Shown one piece after another: positions 52,699 through 64,000 of a stretch of 64,000 nt of DNA. The translations under genes and the position numbers were made by a program. The notes under the pieces were generated by a model. That model saw nothing but the letters and a program-made list of their open reading frames with translations. It had not been told where the DNA came from and made no database searches. Every line of letters starts with the position of its first letter. Within the stretch, counting starts at the first letter, position 1. This DNA is from Lophium mytilinum. Its lineage: Eukaryota. The stretch lies in contig MU004193.1 in the NCBI GenBank assembly GCA_010093605.1, forward strand, positions 1,247,520-1,311,519, written 5' to 3'.

Positions 52699-52823
52699 GC
52701 ACTGTTGGTCCAGCGGTAGGATTCTTGCCGTAAGAATTCCCCTACAGCAGCGTAATTTGTTCCCTCTTACTAATATACATTAGTTCCAAGCAAGAGGCTC
52801 GGGTTCGACTCCCGGACAGTGCA
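52699..52823 (+). tRNA. tRNA-Gly(TCC) interrupted by a 54-nt intron at position 32/33
   Basis: Acceptor stem GCACTGT/ACAGTGC plus discriminator A. D arm GTCC-AGCGGTA-GGAT; anticodon stem CTTGC/GCAAG; T arm TCGGG-TTCGACT-CCCGG. Removing 52730-52783 gives a 71-nt cloverleaf with loop CTTCCAA. Confidence 0.88.
52730..52783 (+). other. Spliceosomal-type (GT-AG) intron within the tRNA anticodon loop
   Basis: 5' GTAAGA, branch-point TACTAAT (52768-52774), 3' TAG. Same signals and size class as mRNA introns in this window. Confidence 0.75.
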
Positions 52824-52853
52824 ATGTCCGTCAGCTTATAGCTGATCTAGAAC

Positions 52854-52871
52854 TTTATTTTTTACATTTTT
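52854..52871 (+). terminator. RNA polymerase III oligo-T terminator of the tRNA gene
   Basis: TTTATTTTTTACATTTTT about 30 nt after the discriminator base. Confidence 0.7.
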
Positions 52872-53471
52872 CTGTGTCCAGCCTGTCAGGTGGTTGCGTA
52901 GTGAGAAGCCACCCTTTTTTTGCTCTTTGGGGGGGGTTTTCTTCCAATACGAGATGCTGAAAGCAAGGCACGCATCGTGGCGCTCACACGTCCACCCTCC
53001 TCCACCACCTCCATTCCCCGCACAAGGCAACGACCCTCATCAGCTGCCTCTTCCGCCATGAAGAGGCAGAAAGGTTGTGTGTTCCAGAGCTCATCACTCT
53101 AGGGTCTAGTCATCCAATGAGCGGACGTTGCCAACATTTACAGCTCGCTGACATAGCTGTGAAGGGAAAGCCGGGGCGAGAAATAGGCCCCTGTTATCAT
53201 GTGGCTTCGAGATGGCTTTCTCACAGAACCTTCGCGCCCTCCTGTGGTGTGACACGGAGGCTGAAAGGCTGAGAGCCATCTCTCCAATTGTTTCATTGCG
53301 TGTCACTTACTTGATTCTTATTCGCGTTGTCCGCTCTTCACTTCATTTCCTGGATAGTTTTCCAATATAAGTCTTCATCCTTCACATTCTTACAGTTCTT
53401 TCGTACCTAAGTCAGTTTCTTGAATCTTTCGCTCTAGGGGTTGCTTGAAGCCACAGCTCCGTTAAGACACC

Positions 53472-54906
53472 ATGACCTCCCCTCCCCCCTCCCCACCAAA
53501 AGACCGCCTCAAAAGACGTCTCATAGTCCTCTGCGACGGTACGCTCATCCTTCCGCCTTCCCAAATCCCAACACCACCTCCTCCCCCTCAACGCCCCTAA
53601 GCCACCCGCAGACACATGGCAAGACTCCACCTCCGACTCCTCCACCGCCGCGCCCACCAACGTCACCCGCTTCGCGCGCGCCCTCAGCCAATGGGCCCCC
53701 GCCGCCTTCGGGGACATCCAGCAAATCGTCTACTACCAAAAAGGCGTCGGCTCCTCACCTCTCGACCGCCTCCTCGGCGGCGCCGCCGGCATCGGCATCT
53801 CCGCCAACGTGCGCGCTGCCTACGGCTTCCTCGCCAATAACTACGCCCCGGGTGACTCGATCCACTTCGTCGGCTTTTCGCGTGGGGCATACACGGCACG
53901 AGCCGTCGCGGGACTAGTCGCGGCGTGTGGGTTGCTTACGAAGAAGGGGATGGATAGTTTTCCCGAGCTGTATAATCTGTACTACAAGGAGCATGGGACG
54001 GATGCGCAGATGACGGGGGAGCAGAAGAGGGTGTATGGGGAGAAAGAAACGCGGTTTTTGAAGACGCTTACAGAAAACGGGTTGCTGGAACCTAAAGCCG
54101 CGCTGGCCATCGAGGTCGTCGCGGTCTGGGATACCGTCGCGTTCGACCTAACGTGGTTCTCGACGAGCTGGATCGCACGGCTGCTGGGGCTCGCGCCGGA
54201 GCGGTTGGAGTTTCGTAATGCGGAATTGAGTGCGAAGATAAGGTATGGGTTTCACGCGTTGGCGTTGGATGAAACGCGGAATGCGTTTCGGCCGACGTTG
54301 TGGCAGATGCCGAAGGCGGATGGCGGCGCGGGAGATGGGGAGTGGAGATTGAGGGAGATGAAGCAGTGCTGGTTCTCTGGGAGGCATTCAGATGTCGGGG
54401 GCGGGTATTCGCAGCGGTGGTTGTCGGATATCACGCTCGCGTGGATGGTGGCGCAGTGTGAGAGGCGGGGGTTGCTGGCGTTTGATCAGGGGTATTTGCT
54501 GGATCTCGGGTTGCCGCCTGCTGAGGGGTTAGACGGGCAGTGGGGGACGGCGAAGGGGGAGACGAGCAGTGACAAGAAGGGGATGACGTTGGTTGTGGAT
54601 AAAGCGTCGAGGACTTTACCGCTAGTAAGTGGGTATAGGAAGCCGATGAGTCTGAGAGGTACGAACGAGATGATTCATTGCTCTATCGAGGACCGCCACT
54701 TTGGGAATAATACTGGGAGTAAGGGGGCGGTGAGATGGCCGTGCGGTGCGTTGACTGGAGATCGAGATGGTGGAAAGTGGGAAGTGAAAGGGAATTCAAA
54801 GAAGTATCTGGCCGAGGATAAGGTGGACGAAATGGAGCAGACGTACAAGGGGAGAGTAAGAGCCCCAGAAAACTCGTGCGTCGGAAAGTTGCATCTCCGC
54901 AAGTAG
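53472..54906 (+). CDS. DUF2235 (Tle1-like alpha/beta-hydrolase) family protein, intron 53539-53611
   Basis: KRRLIVLCD, PTNVTRFARAL, QIVYYQKGVG, AYGFLANNYAPGD, GFSRGAYTAR, VWDTV, HALALDETR, WFSGRHSDVGGG. Confidence 0.88.
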
Positions 54907-55232
54907 CTTGTCAAGAGGGTATGGGTACGTTTTGTTTTCGGTTCTTGAGGCTGCACACAGGATATTCTAGTTGGCGTATTGTAGGTACTCGCAAAGAAGG
55001 CTTCAACACATAGTCTGGTATGCGCTCTGGACCCTTTCAGGTCTTCAAGGAAATCACAACTATGTCCCAGAAATATCAAAATGCTGACGACTGAACCGAG
55101 AACGAAGAAGCAGAATTTCTAGAGTAACTGACACGGAGAGTAAAATGTCGCGTGAGGTATACAACAAAGATATCATGGAAACCAAATCTAAACACTCGCC
55201 GACTATGCCGAAGTTGTCTTAAACCCATCCTT

Positions 55233-56468
55233 TTATCGGATATCCACCCAGTCGTAACTCGGTAGCTCGAAGCCACTCTCGTCATCAGCCGGGAGAAGCT
55301 TGTATAGCTTAGTCTTGCTCACAAACCACAAGAGCGAGTCTCTCAACCACAACGCCCAACTCGTCTGCGGAAATGCCCCTTGCGGGAAGAAGGGCGGGCC
55401 ATCCTCACTCTTCGTATACAACGGGCGGTAGACCTCCTCAAACCTCTCTAGAGCCCGCGGAACGTCCTCGCTGCTCTGTATCTTCGAGAGCTCTCCGGCC
55501 AGGATGTACGCACTCTCGATAGCTAAAGTCGTTCCCACTCCGAAAGTGGCATGGGCTGCGTCTCCCAGCACGAGCGCGCGTCCGTTCGTCCATTTCGGAA
55601 GCTTCACCTGCGCAGCCCTGCTCATGTAGAAGTCTTCAGCGGCGTCCATCCCTTCCAGCACCCGCTTTGCTTCCCATCCTAGGTTTCCGAGGTACTCGTG
55701 GCAGATGCGTTTTTGGGCTTCGACTCCTTTGTCTAGCGCAGCTTCGACGGCCGGATCCTGCTGCCCGTGTGCTGGCGTTGTAATACACAGATACGCCCCC
55801 ACAGTAGCAGGGTTTCGATGTGGACGCAGCATGATACAGAGCCCTTTGGGGCGGTTGTACCACTGCCACATCTTCGGATCAGTCGGCCGGCTCGGTATGC
55901 TGAAGAAAGCGATATACTGGCCAAGAAAGTCGTAGCTGTTCTTGGTGATGTGCTCGTCCAGGATCATGTCCCGAGTCCTCGACGTGCCCCCGTCTGCAGC
56001 GACAACCAGATCGAACGTGGCGCTTGATCCCCCATCAAAGGTCACGTTCACGTTCTTCTCTCTCTGGTCGAGCGATTTGATCGAATCGCCGTACACGTAC
56101 TTTACATTGCTCAAGCTCTCAGTAGTCTCCATGAATAGGCCCGCCAGGTCTGCCCGTAGGATTTCGTACTCGGCAGTGAAGGTGTCGCCGCCTTTGAAGA
56201 GAGCGAATGGCTTTCCTGAGGAATCCAGAATCACTGTGGCTTCTTCTGTCGTATTCCGGGCGCGGACAGCCTCTTCCAAGTTCATTCTCTTCACGATTTC
56301 GATTCCTGGACCACGGATGTCGATCGACTGGCCGGTGACCCTAGGGACGGATGATCGCTCGATGATTGTGATGGCTGCATTGAGACGTGTTCTAGAAAGC
56401 CAATATGCGAGACAAGGTCCGGCGATACCTGCCCCGGATATGAGAAATTTCAATTTCGTTGCGGACAT
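55233..56468 (-). CDS. FAD-dependent monooxygenase (FAD_binding_3)
   Basis: LISGAGIAG, GQSIDIRG, EYEILRADL, DLVVAADG, LVLGDAAH motifs; no intron. Confidence 0.9.
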   Translation of the reverse strand: MSATKLKFLISGAGIAGPCLAYWLSRTRLNAAITIIERSSVPRVTGQSIDIRGPGIEIVKRMNLEEAVRARNTTEEATVILDSSGKPFALFKGGDTFTAEYEILRADLAGLFMETTESLSNVKYVYGDSIKSLDQREKNVNVTFDGGSSATFDLVVAADGGTSRTRDMILDEHITKNSYDFLGQYIAFFSIPSRPTDPKMWQWYNRPKGLCIMLRPHRNPATVGAYLCITTPAHGQQDPAVEAALDKGVEAQKRICHEYLGNLGWEAKRVLEGMDAAEDFYMSRAAQVKLPKWTNGRALVLGDAAHATFGVGTTLAIESAYILAGELSKIQSSEDVPRALERFEEVYRPLYTKSEDGPPFFPQGAFPQTSWALWLRDSLLWFVSKTKLYKLLPADDESGFELPSYDWVDIR

Positions 56469-56792
56469 TTTCTTTGTCGTCGAATGGACGTTTTTGTTGG
56501 ATGTTTTTCTCTCATATATGGGTAAGGAATATATATAATATATTAGCATTGAGGTCGATGCTTAGAAGCTTGTATCGTTCAAGCATCAATAGATTACCAG
56601 AAGTGGTTTGTATATCGTCATAGATTTCCGTTGGCTCGTAGAGTATTTCCTAATGCAGACAAGCGGCCTCTCTTTCTTAGCGACACGAACGCGACGCGAA
56701 AACGCAAGGCAGTGACTTGTAGAATTGCGCAGGTACATTTAATGAGCAGAATGCTTTTACCGCCTGTCGCTTGTAGCAATACTCTGCGAGAC

Positions 56793-56884
56793 CACTTTCG
56801 GGACCGAATTATGCACTATTGGGACCGAACTATGCACTACCGGGGTCGAACCATGCACTATCGGGGCCGAATTATGTACTATCG
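56793..56884. repeat. Degenerate 21-bp tandem repeat, ~4.4 copies
   Basis: CACTTTCGGGACCGAATTATG / CACTATTGGGACCGAACTATG / CACTACCGGGGTCGAACCATG / CACTATCGGGGCCGAATTATG / TACTATCG. Confidence 0.85.
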
Positions 56885-57418
56885 TTCTCTCCAATTGATT
56901 CACGGGCAGTCGGACCATATTCACGGCGAACTGGAATATATCTACGGGGACTCGGGATGCTTTAAGAATCGATAGAAGGTTGGCCTGACGGATAGTTTGT
57001 GTTGAAAGAGTCCCGTTATTCACTTTCGCTCCCTCCGAGACGAGTTTGGTAGAATAGAATAGGGGTAACCGCGGTGATATTTAGTCATTAAGGGATGAGT
57101 CTCCAGGCTGTCACGGCTGTTCTGACTGGGCATGAGTGCTATAAGAACACCTGGAGATTGCAAGTTACTAATGAGGAATCCTTGTCTAGATATCTGCGTA
57201 CGACCTTTCAGCCATTGGCTTGACGAAGAAACCTTTGTAACAATACGATACGTCTGAAGTCGAACGGGGTAAGAAGACTTTCATAACAGCACTATAACTT
57301 TCTCAGCGTGGAGTTTGTTGTGTGGGCGGTATGAATTGCTGTCGAGATGTGCTTACATGGCCCGAGAGAAATGACCTCAAGGGCTTCCTGAATGAATGAC
57401 CGAATCTAATGGTCGCGC

Positions 57419-58898
57419 TCATGGCGGTACCGAGTCGATGTCTTCAAAGCTTCTCTCAAAGTCTTGCTTCTGCCGCTCCATTCCCCCATTCCCATGTGCG
57501 ACCCCACGCTCTTCATAATCGATAGCAACGGTTGTCTTCGCAGATATTCCTTCCCCGGTGTACTCCCCCTCGTCCTCCTTCCCTTTGTTTGTTGAAGTCG
57601 CCGAAAACACCGAGTCGCACGTACCCACGGAGTCCCTTGCCTTTTGTGCTCCGCCAATAATGGTGGTCTTAGTCTTAGCCCGGAGGGGTTTGAGTGCCGT
57701 GCCAACCCGTGAGCGATCGGAGAACTCCAAAGGTAGAGGGGCAGAGGCAGACTGTCTGCGCTCTCTCGCCGATGGACTGTAGTGACGATATACAGTACGG
57801 ATTGCTGGAACGCATACGGATATGATGCTGAGGGTCAGCTCGGTGGTGTTCCATAGCTCAAGGTCGGTGGATTCATCTGTTGGTAGGTGGTGAGATAGGC
57901 AGGCACATTCATGGTGTGGATGCGAGAATTGAGCTGGGATGGGATCAACTTACAGGTATAGTCGGCTAGCGCAGATAAAGTATTGCCTTTCATGGTGCGG
58001 AAGATACCGGCGACTCCGGCGCTGGAGGGTATTTAGCAAAACCGGAACGTTTGGCCCCAGAGTCTTATAGGGGTTTTAGCTACTAACAATGCGCAGGCGC
58101 TGAGTGAGAGGTTGATGAGGAGTTTCTCTCGGCGTGGTATCTTCAATTTTCGAAGAATGACCCAGGGCAATGCAGCGAGGAAGAAATCTGCGATGCATGT
58201 CCAGGCTTCGAATGGTGTTAGCGGCAACTACCAGAAGAACAGTTTCGTTGGAAAAATGAGGGAAGTAACTCACCGCTGGTAATTTCACCAAAAAGCCCCA
58301 TGTTCAGGTAGCATTTGCCTTCAACATTCGCATCCCATGTGTAGTCCACGGGCTGGCAGTGTGTGATGAGAGAAATGCCAAGTGTTATACATGGGATAGC
58401 AACTGTGATGATGCAAACCCAGAGGATCGTTTTGTGGCTGCCTCCGATTGTCTCAGCAGCATCGTGGAAACAGAGTAGGAGTAATCACCTACACCTTGTG
58501 GTTGACAATATAAAGAAGGAAGCCAGCCACGCATGCTTTCGAGCTTGCGAGACTGAAGCAGTTGACCACTTGCGCTATGATAATGTATCTTGTTGCAGAT
58601 ACAAGATTTTTGTGGGGAATATCGCGGGCATGTGTACCCATACCCTGGAAGGACGCCAGGCTACAAAGAATCGTGATCACGACAAGGGACATCTAAACAC
58701 ATCAGTCGCTTTGGGCAAATGAGTACTCGTGTTTGACATGGAACGAACATAGCAGTACGCCAGAAGGGCGTCATCGGCTTTGAAACCACCAAGAATCACT
58801 TTCCTGGCCCATATTCTGATGAAGACAAAACAGAAGGTCATAACGCTTTGAAAGACCATCACACCGATGACCACGTACCCCATGCGTGCGGGTTGCAT
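57419..58898 (-). CDS. PTH11-like integral membrane protein (rhodopsin-like domain, no CFEM), multi-exon
   Basis: FIRIWARKVILGGFKADDALL, GMGTHARDI, SKACVAGFLL, QPVDYTWD...C, DFFLAALPWVILRKLKIPRREK motifs. Confidence 0.8.
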
Positions 58899-59856
58899 AG
58901 CCGTGTATAGAGGTGACGCAAGATTACCGCGGCTGCGCAAACGAGTTGGAGGTAGAGAAAGCCCGAGCGTGTAGGGTGAGAAGAGACGTAGGTCTGATAA
59001 TTTGAATAAGGATTTGGAATAGGATTACGTGACTTTAGCAGGTTTGGATTGGAGAAGGAGAAAGAAAATCGGAACGGCAGCGAGAAATCGGAAGTTGATC
59101 GATCATGAATGTGAGATTTAGGCAGGTGCTCTCTGGCAGGATCAATCAGGAACATTCAGCACTTCGTCGATGGTGGCACCATTCTAACAAAGATTTCTTT
59201 CTTCGAGGTAACTGTAGAACATTGCTTTGCATTTAAAGGCAATTGCATATAAAGAGTAGCATGGAATAGCGAGGATGCATCGAGATCCGTGTCGCGTTCC
59301 CGTTGTCATCTCGGGAGTGCGTCTGAGTAAGGTGGGAATTTCGAGGAGAGTTCAGCTTGGGTGTCCAGTATTGATTCTGTGGCAGATGGCTTGGGCCGAG
59401 CTCGAGCGCATTTTGAGGTTAAGTATACCGACGTCGTTTCCATCTCGTATAGCATGGCAGAAGTCGTTGTCGAGAGATTGACTCGGGCTCATCATTGCAA
59501 GCTTAGTAGAGTTACGTTGTTAGCATGCATTGCTGTTGCTATCTGACTTGTCGCGGTATGTTGTAGGTGGAAGCGTTAATGAAAGGGGGCCGTGGAGGTT
59601 CTGCGAGGCGTGACGTCAGCATTTCTACACTCATACACTCATTACTACTTACAATCCAAATTCCTTATAAATACGATCTCCTTCCCCCAAAGCTTATTTC
59701 CCCTAATTTGATGCATGTCTTTCCTGCCAGTTCTTAAGGTCTTATTTCTCGGAAAAATCATTGTCACATAACCTTTCCAATCGATTTCCTCCTCTTTAAT
59801 CTTCCTTGATTTTATTATAAACATCACTTCAACAACCTTCCTGTTCTTCTCGAATC

Positions 59857-60950
59857 ATGCCCTCCACTGATTCCCCAAAGCTCTCCTGGCATCCCCTCCC
59901 CCAATCCCCTACAAACAGCATCTGCACCCTCCACATTCTCTAAGCCGGCTCTCTCACACTCCCCCATCACCTCGTCTATCTTCCCCCAAACCCTCCCGAC
60001 TCCAAACTCCTCGTCCCAGTATACACTTTCCTCCTCACGCACCCGCCCTCCAACACTACCTACCTCATCGACCTCGGCATACACCCCAATCTCTCCCAAA
60101 CTACCCCCTTCTTCCAGAAAACCGTTCTCAAGAACTTCGACTGCTACCCCGAAAGCCCTGCGGACGTGCTACGACACCACGGCTCCCCGACCCAGCAGCC
60201 CGAGGAGGTTAGAGCAGTCCTGTTTACACACCTCCACTTCGACCACTTCGGCGACGGCGCGCAATCCGGCGGGTTGGGGCACGCAGAACTCTGGATGGGC
60301 CCAGGGAGCGTGGCGAAGGTGCGGCCAGGGTATCCCGAGAACCCCGAGGCGGCGATGTGGTCGAGTGACCTGCCTAGCGACGGCTCGCGGAAGATCGTGG
60401 AGTTCTCGATACCTGAGGACGAGGAGGATGGGGAAAGGGGGCGCGTTGTGAGAGATGCAGTGGAGGAGGGGTTGTATGAGGGTGTGGAACGACGGATCCC
60501 TAGTTCGGGTGGGAGCCTCTGGGAGCATTTGAGCGCGCGTGCGACCTCTTTGGTGATGCGAGTGTGTATTTGGTTGATGCACCGGGGCATATGCTGGGCC
60601 ATGTTATGGTTCTGGTACGCGTGAGGATTGGAAGGGGTGAAGGGGAAGAGGGAGAGGAGGACGACTGGGTACTAATAGCCGGCGACTGCTTTCACCATGC
60701 CGACTTGCTCAGGGAGCCGTTGAGAACGGCGAGGCCACCGCAGAGTAAGAGTGGGATGCATGGGGATGGAAGGCTGGCGGTGGAGATGATGTGGCGGGCC
60801 AGAGCAATGGCGGAGAGAAAAAATGTGTGGGTTATTGGGGCGCATGACGAGGAGGTTGGGGAAGCTTTGAATGAGGGAAAGGGGGATATCCAGGGTTTGA
60901 TGGATCTGAGGAACTGGAGGGAGAAGGGCTGGAAGAGAAATCTAAGGTAA
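59857..60950 (+). pseudogene. Metallo-beta-lactamase-fold (AHL-lactonase-like) hydrolase with nonsense codon and frameshift
   Basis: LIDLG, THLHFDHFG, DLFGDASVYLVDAPGHMLGH, AGDCFH, GAHD motifs. In-frame TAA at 59941 and a frame change near 60505. Confidence 0.75.
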
Positions 60951-62148
60951 ATGAGCGAGGTGTGTCTTGATATGCTAAAACGTCTTCCAAAATGCATAAC
61001 CAATTCAATCGATTCAGGAACTCGAGAGTCTAGTTGTATTTTTCAAGAAATCTGACTTCGACTCTGATTCACAGGGTCAAGATCTTGACATCTTAAGCAT
61101 TAGATTTCAGTAAGTGTAGAGGTGGCTTGGCTTGTTACAAACCCGTGCAGAATGAACAGTGAACTTGCTCTATCTAGGAAGTTTCAAATTCGAATACAAA
61201 TCACATATTGCTATGGAACACGTCTAATTCCTATACTTAGAACCCTTACATGTTATAATTTCGAACCTAATACGTTTTGGGGTGGCTCACGCAGATGTCA
61301 GGGTGCGCAGAGGGCATAGAAAACAGACTCACTTCTTACGCTCGAGAACTCGCATCCAATTTCTACGCAGTCTTGGACCGAGTCTAAGTTATGGGCTCTA
61401 GAATGTGACATCTTAGGATTTCAAACTTCATACACGGTGAGGTGCCTCAGCCTACCACAAGGGGGTGCAAAGAAACTGTGGACACGGTCTAGTTTTGGGG
61501 TATCAGCAATTTCAAAGCATTAAAAGGAGCGTTTGACGCAGCTTCAATTCGCACTCTAAAAGACTTTACATTCGTTGATAGAAATTATAGTAGGTGCGGG
61601 GGTGTCTCGAGGCACTATCCATGTGTGCAAAACAAGTTGAGGAGTTTATACGATTTGCGAGGTCGAGGAAATATATAGCATCTCTTAGATGTTATCGAAA
61701 TAGGTCTAATTCAGCGAGCTCGTACCTTTACATCCATCACATTTCATTTCGCCACGTGGAGGCGCGTCTTCGGGTGTTATTGGGGTGCACCAAACGAATG
61801 CCAGATTTAATATGATTAACAGACCTGAGCAGATACATCGTGCTCAAAGCACATCGTTGGAGTAGTCCTGATTCGCACGCTTGTTACCTTTACATCGTCT
61901 ACGTTCAGCGTCGCCACCTGCTGGGGGGTATTCAGGTGATATCGAAGCCTCCAAAACGACAGTCGCGCTAATCCAACTCACGAGCCCAGGATTTCACATG
62001 TCAGGTTTACGATGTTTGAGAGAGAGGTTGCATTATCCACTTGATCTCAAGCCGGAACCGGGTATCCATCTCCACCAAGCCCAATATCAGCACTGCTCCA
62101 CCACCACATCTCCACCCCAGAACACTCACCAGAAGCGCCTCAGTCTGC

Positions 62149-63716
62149 TCAGAGCTCTCCCAAGACCAGGTCGTGCTCGGCCGGGATCATCGGGTGGAAG
62201 ACGTCCTCGTGGGAGAGACGGATCTCGTCCACGCAACCGCAGAACTTTGTCTCCACGCCGCGTACGCGCTTGACCCCATTTCGCATCAACTCCCCACGCT
62301 TCGGGTCCAACTTTGGCAGCACCGCGTGGACGCATTCGTAGATGCTGTCGTCCACCGAGGCCCCATGGAGCGCCATTGCGTCTCCACCCTTCTTGACGAG
62401 GTACTCGTAGTAAATGGCCGTAAGAGTCTCGTCAGCGTCCTCTGGCATCAGTTGCTTGTACCCGAAGAACCCCTCCGGGCGCAAGTCCTCCTTCTTCGAG
62501 ATGACGTACTGCTTGAGGTACCACACCGCCTGGTGGAACTCTCGACTGAATAGGACCGTCTCCACGTGAGGAAAGCCCTGGAGGGGGCCATCGAGGCCCT
62601 TTGACTTGAACAACGTTACCAAGGCGGGCTCGTTGCCAGGCTCTGGGCGCTTGTTGTTGTTGTTGGCGGCTTCGACGAATTGTCGGAAGTTGCACTTCTT
62701 CATCAGCTCGATGTAGAGCTTGCCGAGATCCGTGATGTTGGGGTGTTGTGTCATGTTGCAGACACAGAAGGCAAAGAGGCGGTACGTCTCCTCGGTGACA
62801 TCAGGCGCCATGCCGTAGAAAAGCTTGTAGAACAGCATGTAGCAACGAGCCTCGGTGTCGGTCCAGGCGCTCGTGATTGCTGCGTACTGCTGCTGGCTCT
62901 GGACTTTCGGTAAATGAAGACCACGCCACGCCGTCAGATGAGTGTCATGTTCCTTGGTTTCTAGATCGAGGATGTGGGTGTTCTTGGTGAACCAAGCAGA
63001 GAAGCGGGGTTTGCAGTCTGGATCTGCAAGAAGAAGCTCACAGGCGGCCTGAACCTTCTCTTTCATGATGCGCTTGTTGTGCCACTTGAGTATGTCGTCG
63101 GTCGTGATGTTGAGTTCTTTGGCGTCCAGGATCTCCAGGTAGACTTGACGAAGACGCTCCGCATCGCCTCCGGTGGTCGCCTTGGAGAAGCCGAACATTC
63201 GATAAATGCTCGAGTACCATAGTGGTTCACCGTACCTCAGGACGTTCTCAAAGCGAGCCGCGAAGGACATGCTACAATTCTCCTTGTGCTCCTTTCGCCA
63301 CATCTTGCTCTGACATTCCGTGCCACAGTATCTGACCGCCTTGCACTTGACACAAGCCTTGGAGTTGGGTTTGCCGCAATTCTGGCAGCCGGTTGCGAAA
63401 ATCTCGCCGGTCGGGCTCCACGAGTAGGAAGAATTGAGACAGGTTTGAAAGTCGATGTCTGGACTGAACGACTCGGGGCCAACGAATGGATGAAGCGGAT
63501 CGAGATCGGGAGGAGTAGTGTCGCAGACTTCGGAGTCGGTGGTGCTGGCTGTGGTTTCTTCGACATACCGAGAGCTTGTAGCGGGAGTAGGAGATCTATA
63601 GCGAGAGCTGTGAGCAATTGAAGGACCGTGAGACGATATGGAGGGACCTACCTAGCTGTACTAGTCATCTTGAGCTTCCTCAACCCACCCGCTAAGGTTT
63701 CCGTCGCGTCGGACAT
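62149..63716 (-). CDS. MYND-type zinc finger protein, one coding intron (~63597-63651)
   Basis: CQNCGKPNSKACVKCKAVRYCGTECQSKMWRKEHKENC MYND motif upstream of and in frame with the 384-aa ORF; start MSDATETL. Confidence 0.8.
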
Positions 63717-64000
63717 GATGTCGCTGGTCTGTCTGATTGAACTGGCACAATTGACGATTAGCCCAGAGGTTCGCTGCGGTCGTGAGTATGCGCGCGTTAG
63801 TGACGGTCACGGCGTGCGAGTCCTCGAGGAAGAGGCGCGACACGAGGCAAGCGTAGCAACGGTTTGGTGTTGACACGGGCGAGCTGGAGGAGGAAGCTTT
63901 GGCGGGGCGCGGGGTTTTGTAGCTGGGGAGATCTTGCGGCCAAGCCGCTAGGCAGATGGATCTTCCGCGGCCGCCAATCGGAGGATCTCAGGTGGGGCAA

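Noticed and set aside
52724..52735. Alternative reading of the tRNA as Gly(GCC) or Leu(TAA) with a canonical intron
   Set aside because: The GCC lies in the anticodon stem, and the TAA reading requires G33 and a long variable arm. Only the 32/33 split yields a proper loop.
56793..56884. CRISPR-like array
   Set aside because: Eukaryotic locus; degenerate direct tandem units with no unique spacers and no cas genes.
60960..62100. AT-richer intergenic stretch as a possible RIP-degraded transposon
   Set aside because: No terminal repeats or transposase/RT remnants recognisable.

Overview
This window is nuclear DNA of a filamentous ascomycete (Pezizomycotina; Dothideomycete-like by gene content, which is inference). 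It is gene-dense with short GT-AG introns carrying CTRAY branch points. About 23 protein-coding loci are supported. A housekeeping block comprises a Seg1-like protein, npgA/PPTase, PDX2/SNO1, CBC2 and NUP82. Accessory genes include FAD oxidoreductases, a DJ-1 protein, an amino-acid permease, a gluconolactonase, secreted proteins, a hydrolase-NACHT-ankyrin NLR, DUF6601, DUF2235, a PTH11-like protein, a MYND protein and a broken metallo-beta-lactamase. The most striking feature is a tRNA-Gly(UCC) gene (52699-52823) interrupted between anticodon-loop positions 32 and 33 by a 54-nt insert with full spliceosomal signals (GTAAG...TACTAAT...TAG), rather than a normal 37/38 tRNA intron. Also notable are a StuA APSES gene whose C-terminus is replaced in frame by an unrelated zinc-finger region, an NLR with a degenerate P-loop, and a divergent pair of a Kex2-processed secreted protein and an M35-like metalloprotease. 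Family assignments come from motif recognition only; no searches were run.
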